A stretch of DNA of 64,000 nt, from the NCBI GenBank assembly GCA_963718615.1, contig OY970368.1, positions 2,880,001 through 2,944,000 on the forward strand, given 5' to 3'. Below are positions 52,867 to 61,673 of this stretch, one piece after another (the stretch's first letter is position 1; every line of letters begins with the position of its first letter). The translations under genes and the position numbers were made by a program. The stretch is from an uncultured cyanobacterium. GTDB lineage: Bacteria; Cyanobacteriota; Cyanobacteriia; PCC-9006; JAAUQQ01. The notes beneath the pieces were generated by a model. The model did no database searches and was not told where the DNA came from. It saw only the letters and a program-made list of their open reading frames with translations.

Positions 52867-55800
52867 ATGATACGCGATCGCACCTCCATACACATGACCC
52901 AAAAGGTATTAAAAAGCCTTCTCTCTGGACTGCTAGCCGGAACAGAAATTTGTCTGGGAGCGCCAGTAACTGCACAAAACATCACATTAGATGGATCTTT
53001 AGGACCTGTTAGAGACTTAGGAAATGGTCCGGTCTATGAAATTCAGCAAGCGGATGGAACGACGGTTGGGGAAAATTTGTTTCATAGTTTTGGTCAATTC
53101 AATTTAAGTGTTGGTGAGAAAGCCTCGTTCCAAAGCACGCCGACCATTCAAAACATACTGACTAGAGTAACAGGTGGTTCGACTTCATCGATTGATGGAT
53201 TGATATTTACTGAAAGTCCAGCCGTCAATTTCTTTTTGATTAATCCATCAGGAATTATATTTGGACCAAATGCTCAACTTGACATTGGTGGAACAACAAG
53301 AGGGGATTTCACCGCGACAACCTTAGATGCGCTTGTATGGTCAGACGACAATCGATTTGATGCGGTGAATCCAGATGGAGCAGAGGCATTGTTGAAAATT
53401 GTGGGGGATCCGAGTGGCTTCCTAGGCTCTCAGCGGCGGATGGCAGAAATTGCTTTAGAAGGAAGTTTTTTACAAGTTTATAAGAATCAAGATTTGCGTT
53501 TCTTAGGGGGAGGAATTAACGTAGATGGAGCACTTCTGATTGCACCGTCTGGGAGAGTAGGACTCGGCTCTACAAACAACTTGGGAACAGTCTCAATCAA
53601 TCAGAACGGAAGTTTTCAATTCACGGATCAATTTGAGCGTGGAGATGTGCAGTTTAACAATGGTGCTCTAGTAGATGTAACGAGTGAAGACAAAGGGGAT
53701 ATCCAAGTCATTGGCAAGGATATCAACGTGTTAGAGGGAAGTATATTAAGGGCAGGCATCGCCAGAAACTTAGGAACAGATTTCAGTCAAGCTGGAGACA
53801 TAAAAGTAGATGCGACAGGAACAGTGAGCGTTACTGGGAACTTTAGTCAAGTCGTGAATGATGTTAGAACCGGAGCAAGCGGAAAAGGAGGAAATATTGA
53901 GATCATTGCACGAAATTTAATCGTTCAAGGAAATGGTTCACGATTAAGCACGATCTTATTTGGAACGGGAGTTGCTGGGAATGTTCAGATCAAAACTAGA
54001 GATCTTGTACTTCTTCAAGGCAGTACAAATGGACAATTTCCGGTTGGTATTACCAGCAGTGTGGAAACACTAGGAGAAGGTAAGGGAGGAAATGTAATTA
54101 TTGAAACCTCTGAGCTAAAGGTGATTGATACTGCTCAAATAGATGCTAGCACCAACGGTCAAGGGGATGCAGGAAATATTTTCATTAATGCTCGCGATCA
54201 AGTCCTTTTCAAGGATAACAGTACTGCATTTAGTCTGGTTGGAAAAGATGGAGAGGGAAAGGGAGGGGGTATCACAATCAACACAGGAGCACTAGAGGTT
54301 CGTGATGGTTCTCAACTCGTTGCATCAACTCTTGGCGTAGGAAATGCAGGAAATATTTTCATTAATACTATTGATTCAACAGAACCGATGAAAACAGGTC
54401 ATGTCCTGTTCCAGAATGGCGATGCTTTCAGTAATGTTGGGGAAACAGGTTCTGGAAGTGGTGGTAACATCGTAATTAATACCACTGAATTAGAAGTTCG
54501 CAATGGAGCTCAGCTCATTGCTAGCACCGAGGGCATTGGAAACGCAGGGAATATCCTGATTAATGCTCGCGATTTCGTCATTTTTGAAGGACGTACAATT
54601 GATGGACGATTTGGTAGTGATGCATTTAGTAGTGTGGAAAAGACGGGCATAGGAAAAGGTGGAGACATTGTAATCAATACAAACATTCTAGAAGTAAAAA
54701 ATGGGGCTCAACTAACCGCTGAAACGAAAGGACAGGGGAACGCAGGAAATATAAAATTGATAGTGAGAGATCGTGTTCTGTTTGAAGGAAGCAACACAGC
54801 TGCATTGAGCAATGTCAATAGCATAGGAAATGGTAATGGTGGTGATATTATAATTGTCACGGGTACTCTCGAAATTCTTAGGGGGGCTCAACTAATTGCG
54901 ACAACCCAAGGTGAAGGTGATGCAGGGAATATCAGTCTCGCAGTGCGCGACCGTTTACGTATTGAGGGTACAGACCCCATTCAAGGGTTTTCCAGCGGCA
55001 TTCTTACAAGTAATGCTAATCCCAATCCTAGTAAAAGTATAAGGAGCGGTGGAGATATTTCTATTACAACCCCTCAACTCCAGATTACTAATGGAGCTGT
55101 GATTGATTCTCGAACTGTTAATGATGGACCAGGGGGTGATATCACCCTTAATGTGGATGACCTAACTCTTATCGATGGTGGACAACTTCTCAGCACCAGT
55201 GACGGGAGCGGTCCCGCAGGCACTGTCCGCATCAATGCTACCAATGCTCTCCGAATTACAGGCAGCGACCCCATTTACACCGACCGCCGTGCTCAGTTCG
55301 GCAGTGCCGTTGCTTCCATCTCCGCCAACAGCGGCATCTACGTTCGCTCCACCGACACTGGAGCTGCTGGTCAGGTTATCATCGGCGACCCAAACCTTGG
55401 CACATTACCACGACTTCTATTGCTTGACGACGGTGAGATCGTTGCTGACTCTAATGCAGTAACGGGTGGCGATATCAGCCTAAATTTGGCGCAATCTTTG
55501 GTAATGCGCAACAATAGTCTCATCTCCGCTACTGCAGGACGCAGCGAGGGTGGAGGCGACGGGGGCAATATTACGATCAGCGTCCCCTTTGTACTCTCTC
55601 TTCCTGATGAAAATAGCGACATCATCGCAAACGCTTTTAGTGGTACAGGGGGCAACATTACGATCAACGCCGACGCCATCCTGAACTTTAGTCTCAACGA
55701 AGACAAGAAATCCTTCGAGCAATTGCGTCAGCAATCCACTAACGATATCAGTGCCAGCTCCCAATTCGGCAGCAACGGCACCCTCAACCTTGCTGGACTC

Positions 55801-56160
55801 AACGTAGATCCCACCCGAGGCATTAGCCAACTCCCCAGCACCGTCAGCAGCACCCAACCCAGCCAAGGCTGCCAAACCGCTAGCACCGGCCAAGCCACCT
55901 CAGCCGAATTCTTCACCACCGGACGCGGTGGCCTTCCCCCCAGTCCCAGCGATGCCCTCAGCAGCAACACCATTCTCGACGACCTACGTGTGCCATCCGA
56001 GTTCGCGGTGACAGAAGTAATTCCGACCGCTGCCTCCACTTCACGCCCCATTACCGAAGCCACCCACTGGGAAATCAACGCCCAAGGCAAAGTTATGCTT
56101 GCGGCTCAAACGGCTGCTCCAGCAAAAGTTAATCACTGCAAGTTGCTCAGTCAAGATTGA
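52867..56160 (+). CDS. Filamentous haemagglutinin-family (TpsA-like) exoprotein
   Basis: Signal peptide, NLFHSF, INPSGIIFG TPS motif, ~60-aa GxGGNIxI..GAQL..AGNI repeats, TGRGGLPPSP C-terminus; start 52867 or 52894. Confidence 0.9.
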   Translation: MIRDRTSIHMTQKVLKSLLSGLLAGTEICLGAPVTAQNITLDGSLGPVRDLGNGPVYEIQQADGTTVGENLFHSFGQFNLSVGEKASFQSTPTIQNILTRVTGGSTSSIDGLIFTESPAVNFFLINPSGIIFGPNAQLDIGGTTRGDFTATTLDALVWSDDNRFDAVNPDGAEALLKIVGDPSGFLGSQRRMAEIALEGSFLQVYKNQDLRFLGGGINVDGALLIAPSGRVGLGSTNNLGTVSINQNGSFQFTDQFERGDVQFNNGALVDVTSEDKGDIQVIGKDINVLEGSILRAGIARNLGTDFSQAGDIKVDATGTVSVTGNFSQVVNDVRTGASGKGGNIEIIARNLIVQGNGSRLSTILFGTGVAGNVQIKTRDLVLLQGSTNGQFPVGITSSVETLGEGKGGNVIIETSELKVIDTAQIDASTNGQGDAGNIFINARDQVLFKDNSTAFSLVGKDGEGKGGGITINTGALEVRDGSQLVASTLGVGNAGNIFINTIDSTEPMKTGHVLFQNGDAFSNVGETGSGSGGNIVINTTELEVRNGAQLIASTEGIGNAGNILINARDFVIFEGRTIDGRFGSDAFSSVEKTGIGKGGDIVINTNILEVKNGAQLTAETKGQGNAGNIKLIVRDRVLFEGSNTAALSNVNSIGNGNGGDIIIVTGTLEILRGAQLIATTQGEGDAGNISLAVRDRLRIEGTDPIQGFSSGILTSNANPNPSKSIRSGGDISITTPQLQITNGAVIDSRTVNDGPGGDITLNVDDLTLIDGGQLLSTSDGSGPAGTVRINATNALRITGSDPIYTDRRAQFGSAVASISANSGIYVRSTDTGAAGQVIIGDPNLGTLPRLLLLDDGEIVADSNAVTGGDISLNLAQSLVMRNNSLISATAGRSEGGGDGGNITISVPFVLSLPDENSDIIANAFSGTGGNITINADAILNFSLNEDKKSFEQLRQQSTNDISASSQFGSNGTLNLAGLNVDPTRGISQLPSTVSSTQPSQGCQTASTGQATSAEFFTTGRGGLPPSPSDALSSNTILDDLRVPSEFAVTEVIPTAASTSRPITEATHWEINAQGKVMLAAQTAAPAKVNHCKLLSQD

Positions 56161-56246
56161 ATCAGAACAAGTGCCTCATTAGTTCTTTCATTACCGCTGA
56201 TCATTACCGTTGATAAAGTCCATTACCACATTATCCAGCAGTCCCT

Positions 56247-57071
56247 ATGGCAACTAATATTGAACAACAGATCCTTGTAGCCGAAGAGCGTCTTCAGAAC
56301 GCGATGCTTACTTCAGACATCAATGCTCTTGACGAGTTGATTGCCGCTGAACTCATCTTCACCAATCACCTAGGACAAGTGCTGAGCAAACAGGATGATC
56401 TCGCTCTGCATCACTCTGGAATCCTGACCTTTCATAGGCTTGAGCCCTCAGAAAGACAGATCAAAATCAATCTACCTATCGCAGTTGTTTCAGTTCGTAT
56501 GCAGGTATCGGGTCTATACAACGAGGTCCCGTTTATGGATAACCTGCGATACACACGCACTTGGTGTTTGTCGCAAAACGGTGCATGGCAGGTGGTTGCT
56601 GGCCATAGCAGTGTCGTGCAGGCCGAACCGCCGATCGCAACAACGATCGATATTGGCCTCACGCACCTTGCGCTTCCGGTTGCTGATGTTGACAAGAGTG
56701 TTCAATTTTATGCGGCCTATGCATCAATGCAGGTCATTCATCGTCGCGTCGATTCAGAAACAGGGGTGGCTGTGGTGTGGCTTTGCGATCGCACCCGCCC
56801 CTTCGTCATTGTTCTGATTCAAGCCAACCCCGTCCATCCGATTTTGTCGCCCCTAGGCCATCTCGGAATTGGGTGCGAGAGTCGGGAACAAATGGATGCA
56901 CTTTGCGCGAGGGCACAGCAAGAAGGTGTTCTGATTCAAGCGCCCAAGGAGTCTGGTTATCCCATCGGCTATTGGGCTTTTTTGCGTGATCCAGATGGTC
57001 ATACGCTAGAGCTCTCCTACGGCCAAGAAATTGGCTTGAACGTCGACAAAACTGCTGGATTGCAATGGTAA
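56247..57071 (+). CDS. DUF4440 (NTF2-like) - VOC/glyoxalase fusion
   Basis: RYTRTW..WQVVAGHSS followed by LTHLAL..HLG..RDPDGHTLELS. Confidence 0.8.
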   Translation: MATNIEQQILVAEERLQNAMLTSDINALDELIAAELIFTNHLGQVLSKQDDLALHHSGILTFHRLEPSERQIKINLPIAVVSVRMQVSGLYNEVPFMDNLRYTRTWCLSQNGAWQVVAGHSSVVQAEPPIATTIDIGLTHLALPVADVDKSVQFYAAYASMQVIHRRVDSETGVAVVWLCDRTRPFVIVLIQANPVHPILSPLGHLGIGCESREQMDALCARAQQEGVLIQAPKESGYPIGYWAFLRDPDGHTLELSYGQEIGLNVDKTAGLQW

Positions 57072-57095
57072 AATCGTCTACCCAATCGTCAAAAC

Positions 57096-57818
57096 TTAAG
57101 GATTATAAAATGGTGCATTGAACTGCTCGACTAACCCTAGTTGTTCTAATAGTTGATGCCAGCGATCGCGCACTTCCCCATTCTCCGGCTGGTCCTGCAA
57201 CTGCTGGACAATCGCGTCCACCTCATCATACCAAGCCGCCCCTTCCGCTCCGGATTGCATCCGCTCAATTCCCGCATCCACACTAAGTTGAACCGTGGAG
57301 TTTTCGGCAACACACTGCACCGTCAGATACCAACGGTAGGGTATGCCAGGTTGTAGGCTCACCTCAGGAGGTAGGGTCAGACGGATAAACCCTGGGCTCG
57401 GAGGTAGGGCGATCGCCTGTCGATACAACCGCTCTTTTTCATCGATTCCGGCATTCACCACAAATTCGGCTTGCCGCATTTCGGCTTGAGCCCCAGGAAC
57501 ATACACCCAAATCTTCGGCTGAGGGCTGTGAGTCGTCAGCGGATTTTGGGCCGGGACCAATGCCGATAGGACCTGTTCGGAGTTTTTGCAGGATTCACTT
57601 AAGGATCCCCCAGCTCGGGTTTGGTTAGGTCGCTGGCTTCGAGGTTTCGGGATCACGGTTCGCTGGCGGGTGGGCGTAGACTGGCCAATCTTAGATGTTC
57701 TGGATTGCGATGTTCTAGGGTGTACGGTTTGTGCAATAACTGATAGTCCAGGATAAGACCATACACTAGCCATTAAAGCCACAAGCCCTAACTTCTTCAG
57801 CCCTCTCATCCTATTCAT
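57096..57818 (-). CDS. DUF928 protein (exported)
   Basis: Signal peptide, AGGS..C, LSALVP, WVYVP, YRWYLTVQC, WYD, WHQLLEQLGL. Confidence 0.85.
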   Translation of the reverse strand: MNRMRGLKKLGLVALMASVWSYPGLSVIAQTVHPRTSQSRTSKIGQSTPTRQRTVIPKPRSQRPNQTRAGGSLSESCKNSEQVLSALVPAQNPLTTHSPQPKIWVYVPGAQAEMRQAEFVVNAGIDEKERLYRQAIALPPSPGFIRLTLPPEVSLQPGIPYRWYLTVQCVAENSTVQLSVDAGIERMQSGAEGAAWYDEVDAIVQQLQDQPENGEVRDRWHQLLEQLGLVEQFNAPFYNP

Positions 57819-60297
57819 GATTAGCCTCCTGAACCTTTAAATGGGAACGTAAATCTGAACGTAAATTTGAACGCAAGCCAGAGTGCATACCTAGGCCATA
57901 GCCCAGCATCCAGCCCAGGACAGAGGGCACTAGGGGCAACCAGAGGCCCTGGGCGATCGCCCCTAAACTGACGCCATACAACACCATCACACCACCCACA
58001 CCACTCCCCCAGAGTAATGACTGAAACCGGGGTGGATTTTGTTTCGGGTCACGCTGCAAACCCTGGCCCAAACCACTGCCGAGGAAGGTCCAAGCCATAA
58101 TCCACAGCCCATCTCCCCATTGCCAATCATTCCACTGGGGCAAGGTCCAGATCAGCGGACGGCGATCGAGAACTGCGCTCAGCAACTGGCTGAGCTGATG
58201 GGCATGGACCCAAACCCCCGGCATTTCTCCGAGGGGCGTGGACAGAATATCTTGGCCCACGGGGGCTGTGGTGCCGATCAGGACGATGCGATCGCCCACG
58301 GCTCCCGCAGGCAGTTGCCCTGACAAGACTGTTTCCAAACTCACCCCTTGCCCTGGCTGTGCCCCACGATAGTTGATTAAAATTTGACTGCTTAGCCCCT
58401 CAAGCTGTTGATAGGCCCCAAAGCGGCGGGGTAGGCTCGGCAAAACGGTTTGATCCAACACCCAGTTTTCTCGATCATCGAGGCTAATCTTTCGATCTTC
58501 AGCCCCCAAAAACTCGTGGGCTAACCGCAAACTTAGCCCTTGAATCGCTGTACAGTCTGAGAGTTCGCCTAGATTGGGATCAACAGATAGGAGTTGACGA
58601 CGAATCCTATCGGGAGTGAGCCAGGAAAGGGCAGGGAAGTCCTCCTGTAAATCGCTAAACGCAAGTTGTTGGGTTTGTTGGGTGGAATCAAATTCAGGGG
58701 GCGTCGCAAAGTTAGGGTCGCTCCCCCCACTCCAGCAAACGGTGCTCAAACTGGGATGCAGTCGAAACTGTTCCAGTAATTCTGCTCGACCTTCTCCCCG
58801 AGGCTGAGCTCGATGCATGTCTAGGCCAACCGCTCGGGGCTGATCACTGTACAGTTTTTTCAGCAACTGGGCCAAGAGCTTATCTTCTAGAGGATAGCCG
58901 TAACGGAGAGTATCCGCTTGAGTCACTTCGACGACTAAGATGTGAGGATCTGTTGTTTCGGCAGGGCGCTGGCGCAGCAGCAAATCATAGGCAAAGAGTT
59001 CGAAGGGCTGTAGGAAACCTAGAAACCGTAAACCCAAGAGGAGGAGCGTGGCGATCGCTCCTCGTACAAGAGCAGGAGTGAACCGCCAGGGAAAAGCAGT
59101 CCGTACAGAAGTGAGCGCTGACTCTGTCCGTGTTGGCTCTGTCGGTGACAAAATCACGGGTCCTGAACTTGGACGCAATCGGGTCAGTACCTGCCAAGTC
59201 AGCGACATCGCCGCTGGATTTTGATGAATCACCGGTAGCCAAGAGGCACAGAGAAACTGATCTTCCAGGGCCTGAAGCTTTTCCCGTGCTTCCCGCACCG
59301 CCTTGTAAAAGGGCTGCCCTCCGGCAAAGGCCCGTAAAAAATGCTTCAGGAACGCTTGGGCCACCGGATCTGGCACAGGCTCCCGCATGACGATGAGCTG
59401 AGGCAGATTGAGCGTTGCTAAACCACGGGCTAGCCCAAGACCATCACAGGAGTTAAAAATCGCTAATTGCAGACCTCGGGCGATCGCAGCACCGAGGGCA
59501 TAGTCCAACTGCTCAATCGTTAGCGATTCGGTCGAGTTAATGGCAATTTGCCCCGTGGCATCCCCCAGGTGACTTTGACTGTGCCCCGCGAAGAAGAGAA
59601 TATCCCAGCCTGACTCAGCCCAGAGCGCCTCGTGAAGCTGCGATCGCGAGGGTTCCACCAGGAATTGGGTATCCGCCTGGGGCAGTTGGGAGAGGAGGGT
59701 GCGATCGCCTGCCACATCAATGCCGACAGAATTACCCAATATCGCTAAGATTCTCACCGTACCGGCACGAGCAACGGGTTCTGACATACCCACAGGCCGA
59801 TAGTTGAGACTCCCCAGGGCGAACTCAGCCTGGGGATAATCGCGGAAAAACAGCCATAGATGCCAGGGCAACCGCCTTGTGTTTGGACAATCGGTTTCGA
59901 GAATGAGCCGAATCGGATCTTCCGGGTTGAGGTAGAGCCGTAACTGTTGGTCAATCCGCTGGAAACCCGGCATACCCAGCCACTGATTGAGATCCCGACT
60001 TAACTGCTCCGACAACTGTTCAAACCGTTCCCGCGACACCTGATTCAGAGTATTTTCAGTCACAAGCTGAATTCTTAACCGGTCCTGGAGCGCGAGGTAA
60101 TGGGCCTGCCAGTCGCGATAGTTTTGATCAAGCTGGGGAGCCGGAGGCAGCGTGCCGCTAGCCTTCAGTCGTTGGGAGAGATGCTGATCTAAGCTAGTCT
60201 GCATCGTTACCGCCAGAAACCCTTGCTCCAAGTCTCCCCCGGACAAGGTGAGAATGACCTGTTTCTCTTGAAGGGTGGCAGGCATTCGGCTCTCCAT
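57811..60297 (-). CDS. CHAT-CHASE2 transmembrane protein
   Basis: N-terminal CHAT (FFAGHS, IFNSCDGLG), TM, CHASE2 (ELFAYD, PRAVGLDMHR, IVLIG, MPGVWVHA), three C-terminal TMs. Confidence 0.9.
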   Translation of the reverse strand: MESRMPATLQEKQVILTLSGGDLEQGFLAVTMQTSLDQHLSQRLKASGTLPPAPQLDQNYRDWQAHYLALQDRLRIQLVTENTLNQVSRERFEQLSEQLSRDLNQWLGMPGFQRIDQQLRLYLNPEDPIRLILETDCPNTRRLPWHLWLFFRDYPQAEFALGSLNYRPVGMSEPVARAGTVRILAILGNSVGIDVAGDRTLLSQLPQADTQFLVEPSRSQLHEALWAESGWDILFFAGHSQSHLGDATGQIAINSTESLTIEQLDYALGAAIARGLQLAIFNSCDGLGLARGLATLNLPQLIVMREPVPDPVAQAFLKHFLRAFAGGQPFYKAVREAREKLQALEDQFLCASWLPVIHQNPAAMSLTWQVLTRLRPSSGPVILSPTEPTRTESALTSVRTAFPWRFTPALVRGAIATLLLLGLRFLGFLQPFELFAYDLLLRQRPAETTDPHILVVEVTQADTLRYGYPLEDKLLAQLLKKLYSDQPRAVGLDMHRAQPRGEGRAELLEQFRLHPSLSTVCWSGGSDPNFATPPEFDSTQQTQQLAFSDLQEDFPALSWLTPDRIRRQLLSVDPNLGELSDCTAIQGLSLRLAHEFLGAEDRKISLDDRENWVLDQTVLPSLPRRFGAYQQLEGLSSQILINYRGAQPGQGVSLETVLSGQLPAGAVGDRIVLIGTTAPVGQDILSTPLGEMPGVWVHAHQLSQLLSAVLDRRPLIWTLPQWNDWQWGDGLWIMAWTFLGSGLGQGLQRDPKQNPPRFQSLLWGSGVGGVMVLYGVSLGAIAQGLWLPLVPSVLGWMLGYGLGMHSGLRSNLRSDLRSHLKVQEANHE

Positions 60298-61664
60298 CAC
60301 AAACAAAACTCTTCGATGAAAGTGAGTTGAGTCTCTTGCTCCGGCATCTGAGCAGTTTGACTATCTCCGTCAATGTCCCCGTCAATATCCCCGTCAATAT
60401 CCCCGTGAGCTTCTGGAGACTGCCACTCAACTCGCACTTGAAAGGATTCTCCAGCACTGCCTGTCAGCGGCGTGAGTTGCAGATAGGTATCTGCTGTCCC
60501 ACTTTTGATCGCTTGCAAGTCGATCGCCTGATTCGGATCGTGCAAAATTAGCTGAATTCCCGCAGGAAGATGTTGAGCTTGAAGGGGATGAAGTTGAATC
60601 TGTACCCGCAGAAGAGGAGCATCCTCAAGGATATCCAGAGCAGTTTCGCGAACAACAGAAACTAATAGGACCAAGGTTGTGATATTGTCAGTTTCGCCTA
60701 GAAAAATGCGTTTTGCCCGTTGTAGAGGCACAAGATTGGATGGACGATCGCCCCCACCGCTACGCAACTGAGAAGCGAAGGTTAACTCTGGACCCAATAC
60801 GTCTGCTAGCGATCGCCACCCCGCTTCAAACTGTCCCTCAAACCAACGACTTAACCGCGTCATCTGAGCATCCACTTGGCCAAGCCAACTCTGGCAGCGT
60901 CGCTGATACAATCGATCGCGCCAGTCTCTATCCTGTATCAAAGCCCCCCACTGGGCGAACGGCAGGCTCAAGCGAGGAAACACCAGCGTCGGATCTCCTA
61001 AGCGTTCGAGTAAATTGTCCTGCTGTATGTCCGACAACCTTGGCAAAGCCTCTAGCGCCGTCTGACTGTCTCGAATCCCGCAAAAGCGCAGCGTGGTGCT
61101 CAACGTCGTCATATCCTCCACCAAATTGGGCCGAGCCAGGGAATAGGTTCGCGTTTCCGGGTCATAATCGCCCCATTCCTTCAACTGCCGGTGGCTCCCA
61201 TAGCCCCAAACCCTCAGTCCGTAAGACTCCTCTCCTTCCTCGGTTTCACTGCAGACCTGAACCGCCAGATAATAGTGACCCATCCAATCCGGCAAATCCA
61301 CCCATTCCTGAGGCACAACCAACGTCTCTGAATCAATCTCATCACTAGGAATCACCACCAGGCGCACCCCATCACCTGCGACCCCATCACCCAAAACCTG
61401 CACCACACAACCCCCAACCCCCTCCCAAACCGCAGGCCAATCCGACAGCGGTAAACCGGGCCGAACTGCCCCCATCCCCCCCACCTTGAGCTCCGCCAAC
61501 CCCGGCACCAACCCCACCAAACACAACTGACCTAGATAATCATCCCAGCACCGTCCTGGCTGGCAATGGCGTTGGCTTTGCTGCCAACTGGCCTGGACTA
61601 GGGCGGAATCCAGGGGAATCCACCAATTTCGGACATCAGCCAATAACTCCGCCAACAGCGCCAT
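60297..61664 (-). CDS. DUF1822 protein
   Basis: VPQEWVDLPDW..YYLAVQV, VWGY, LSRWFEGQFEAGW, RAKRI. Confidence 0.85.
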   Translation of the reverse strand: MALLAELLADVRNWWIPLDSALVQASWQQSQRHCQPGRCWDDYLGQLCLVGLVPGLAELKVGGMGAVRPGLPLSDWPAVWEGVGGCVVQVLGDGVAGDGVRLVVIPSDEIDSETLVVPQEWVDLPDWMGHYYLAVQVCSETEEGEESYGLRVWGYGSHRQLKEWGDYDPETRTYSLARPNLVEDMTTLSTTLRFCGIRDSQTALEALPRLSDIQQDNLLERLGDPTLVFPRLSLPFAQWGALIQDRDWRDRLYQRRCQSWLGQVDAQMTRLSRWFEGQFEAGWRSLADVLGPELTFASQLRSGGGDRPSNLVPLQRAKRIFLGETDNITTLVLLVSVVRETALDILEDAPLLRVQIQLHPLQAQHLPAGIQLILHDPNQAIDLQAIKSGTADTYLQLTPLTGSAGESFQVRVEWQSPEAHGDIDGDIDGDIDGDSQTAQMPEQETQLTFIEEFCL

Positions 61665-61673
61665 AAATCCCCC

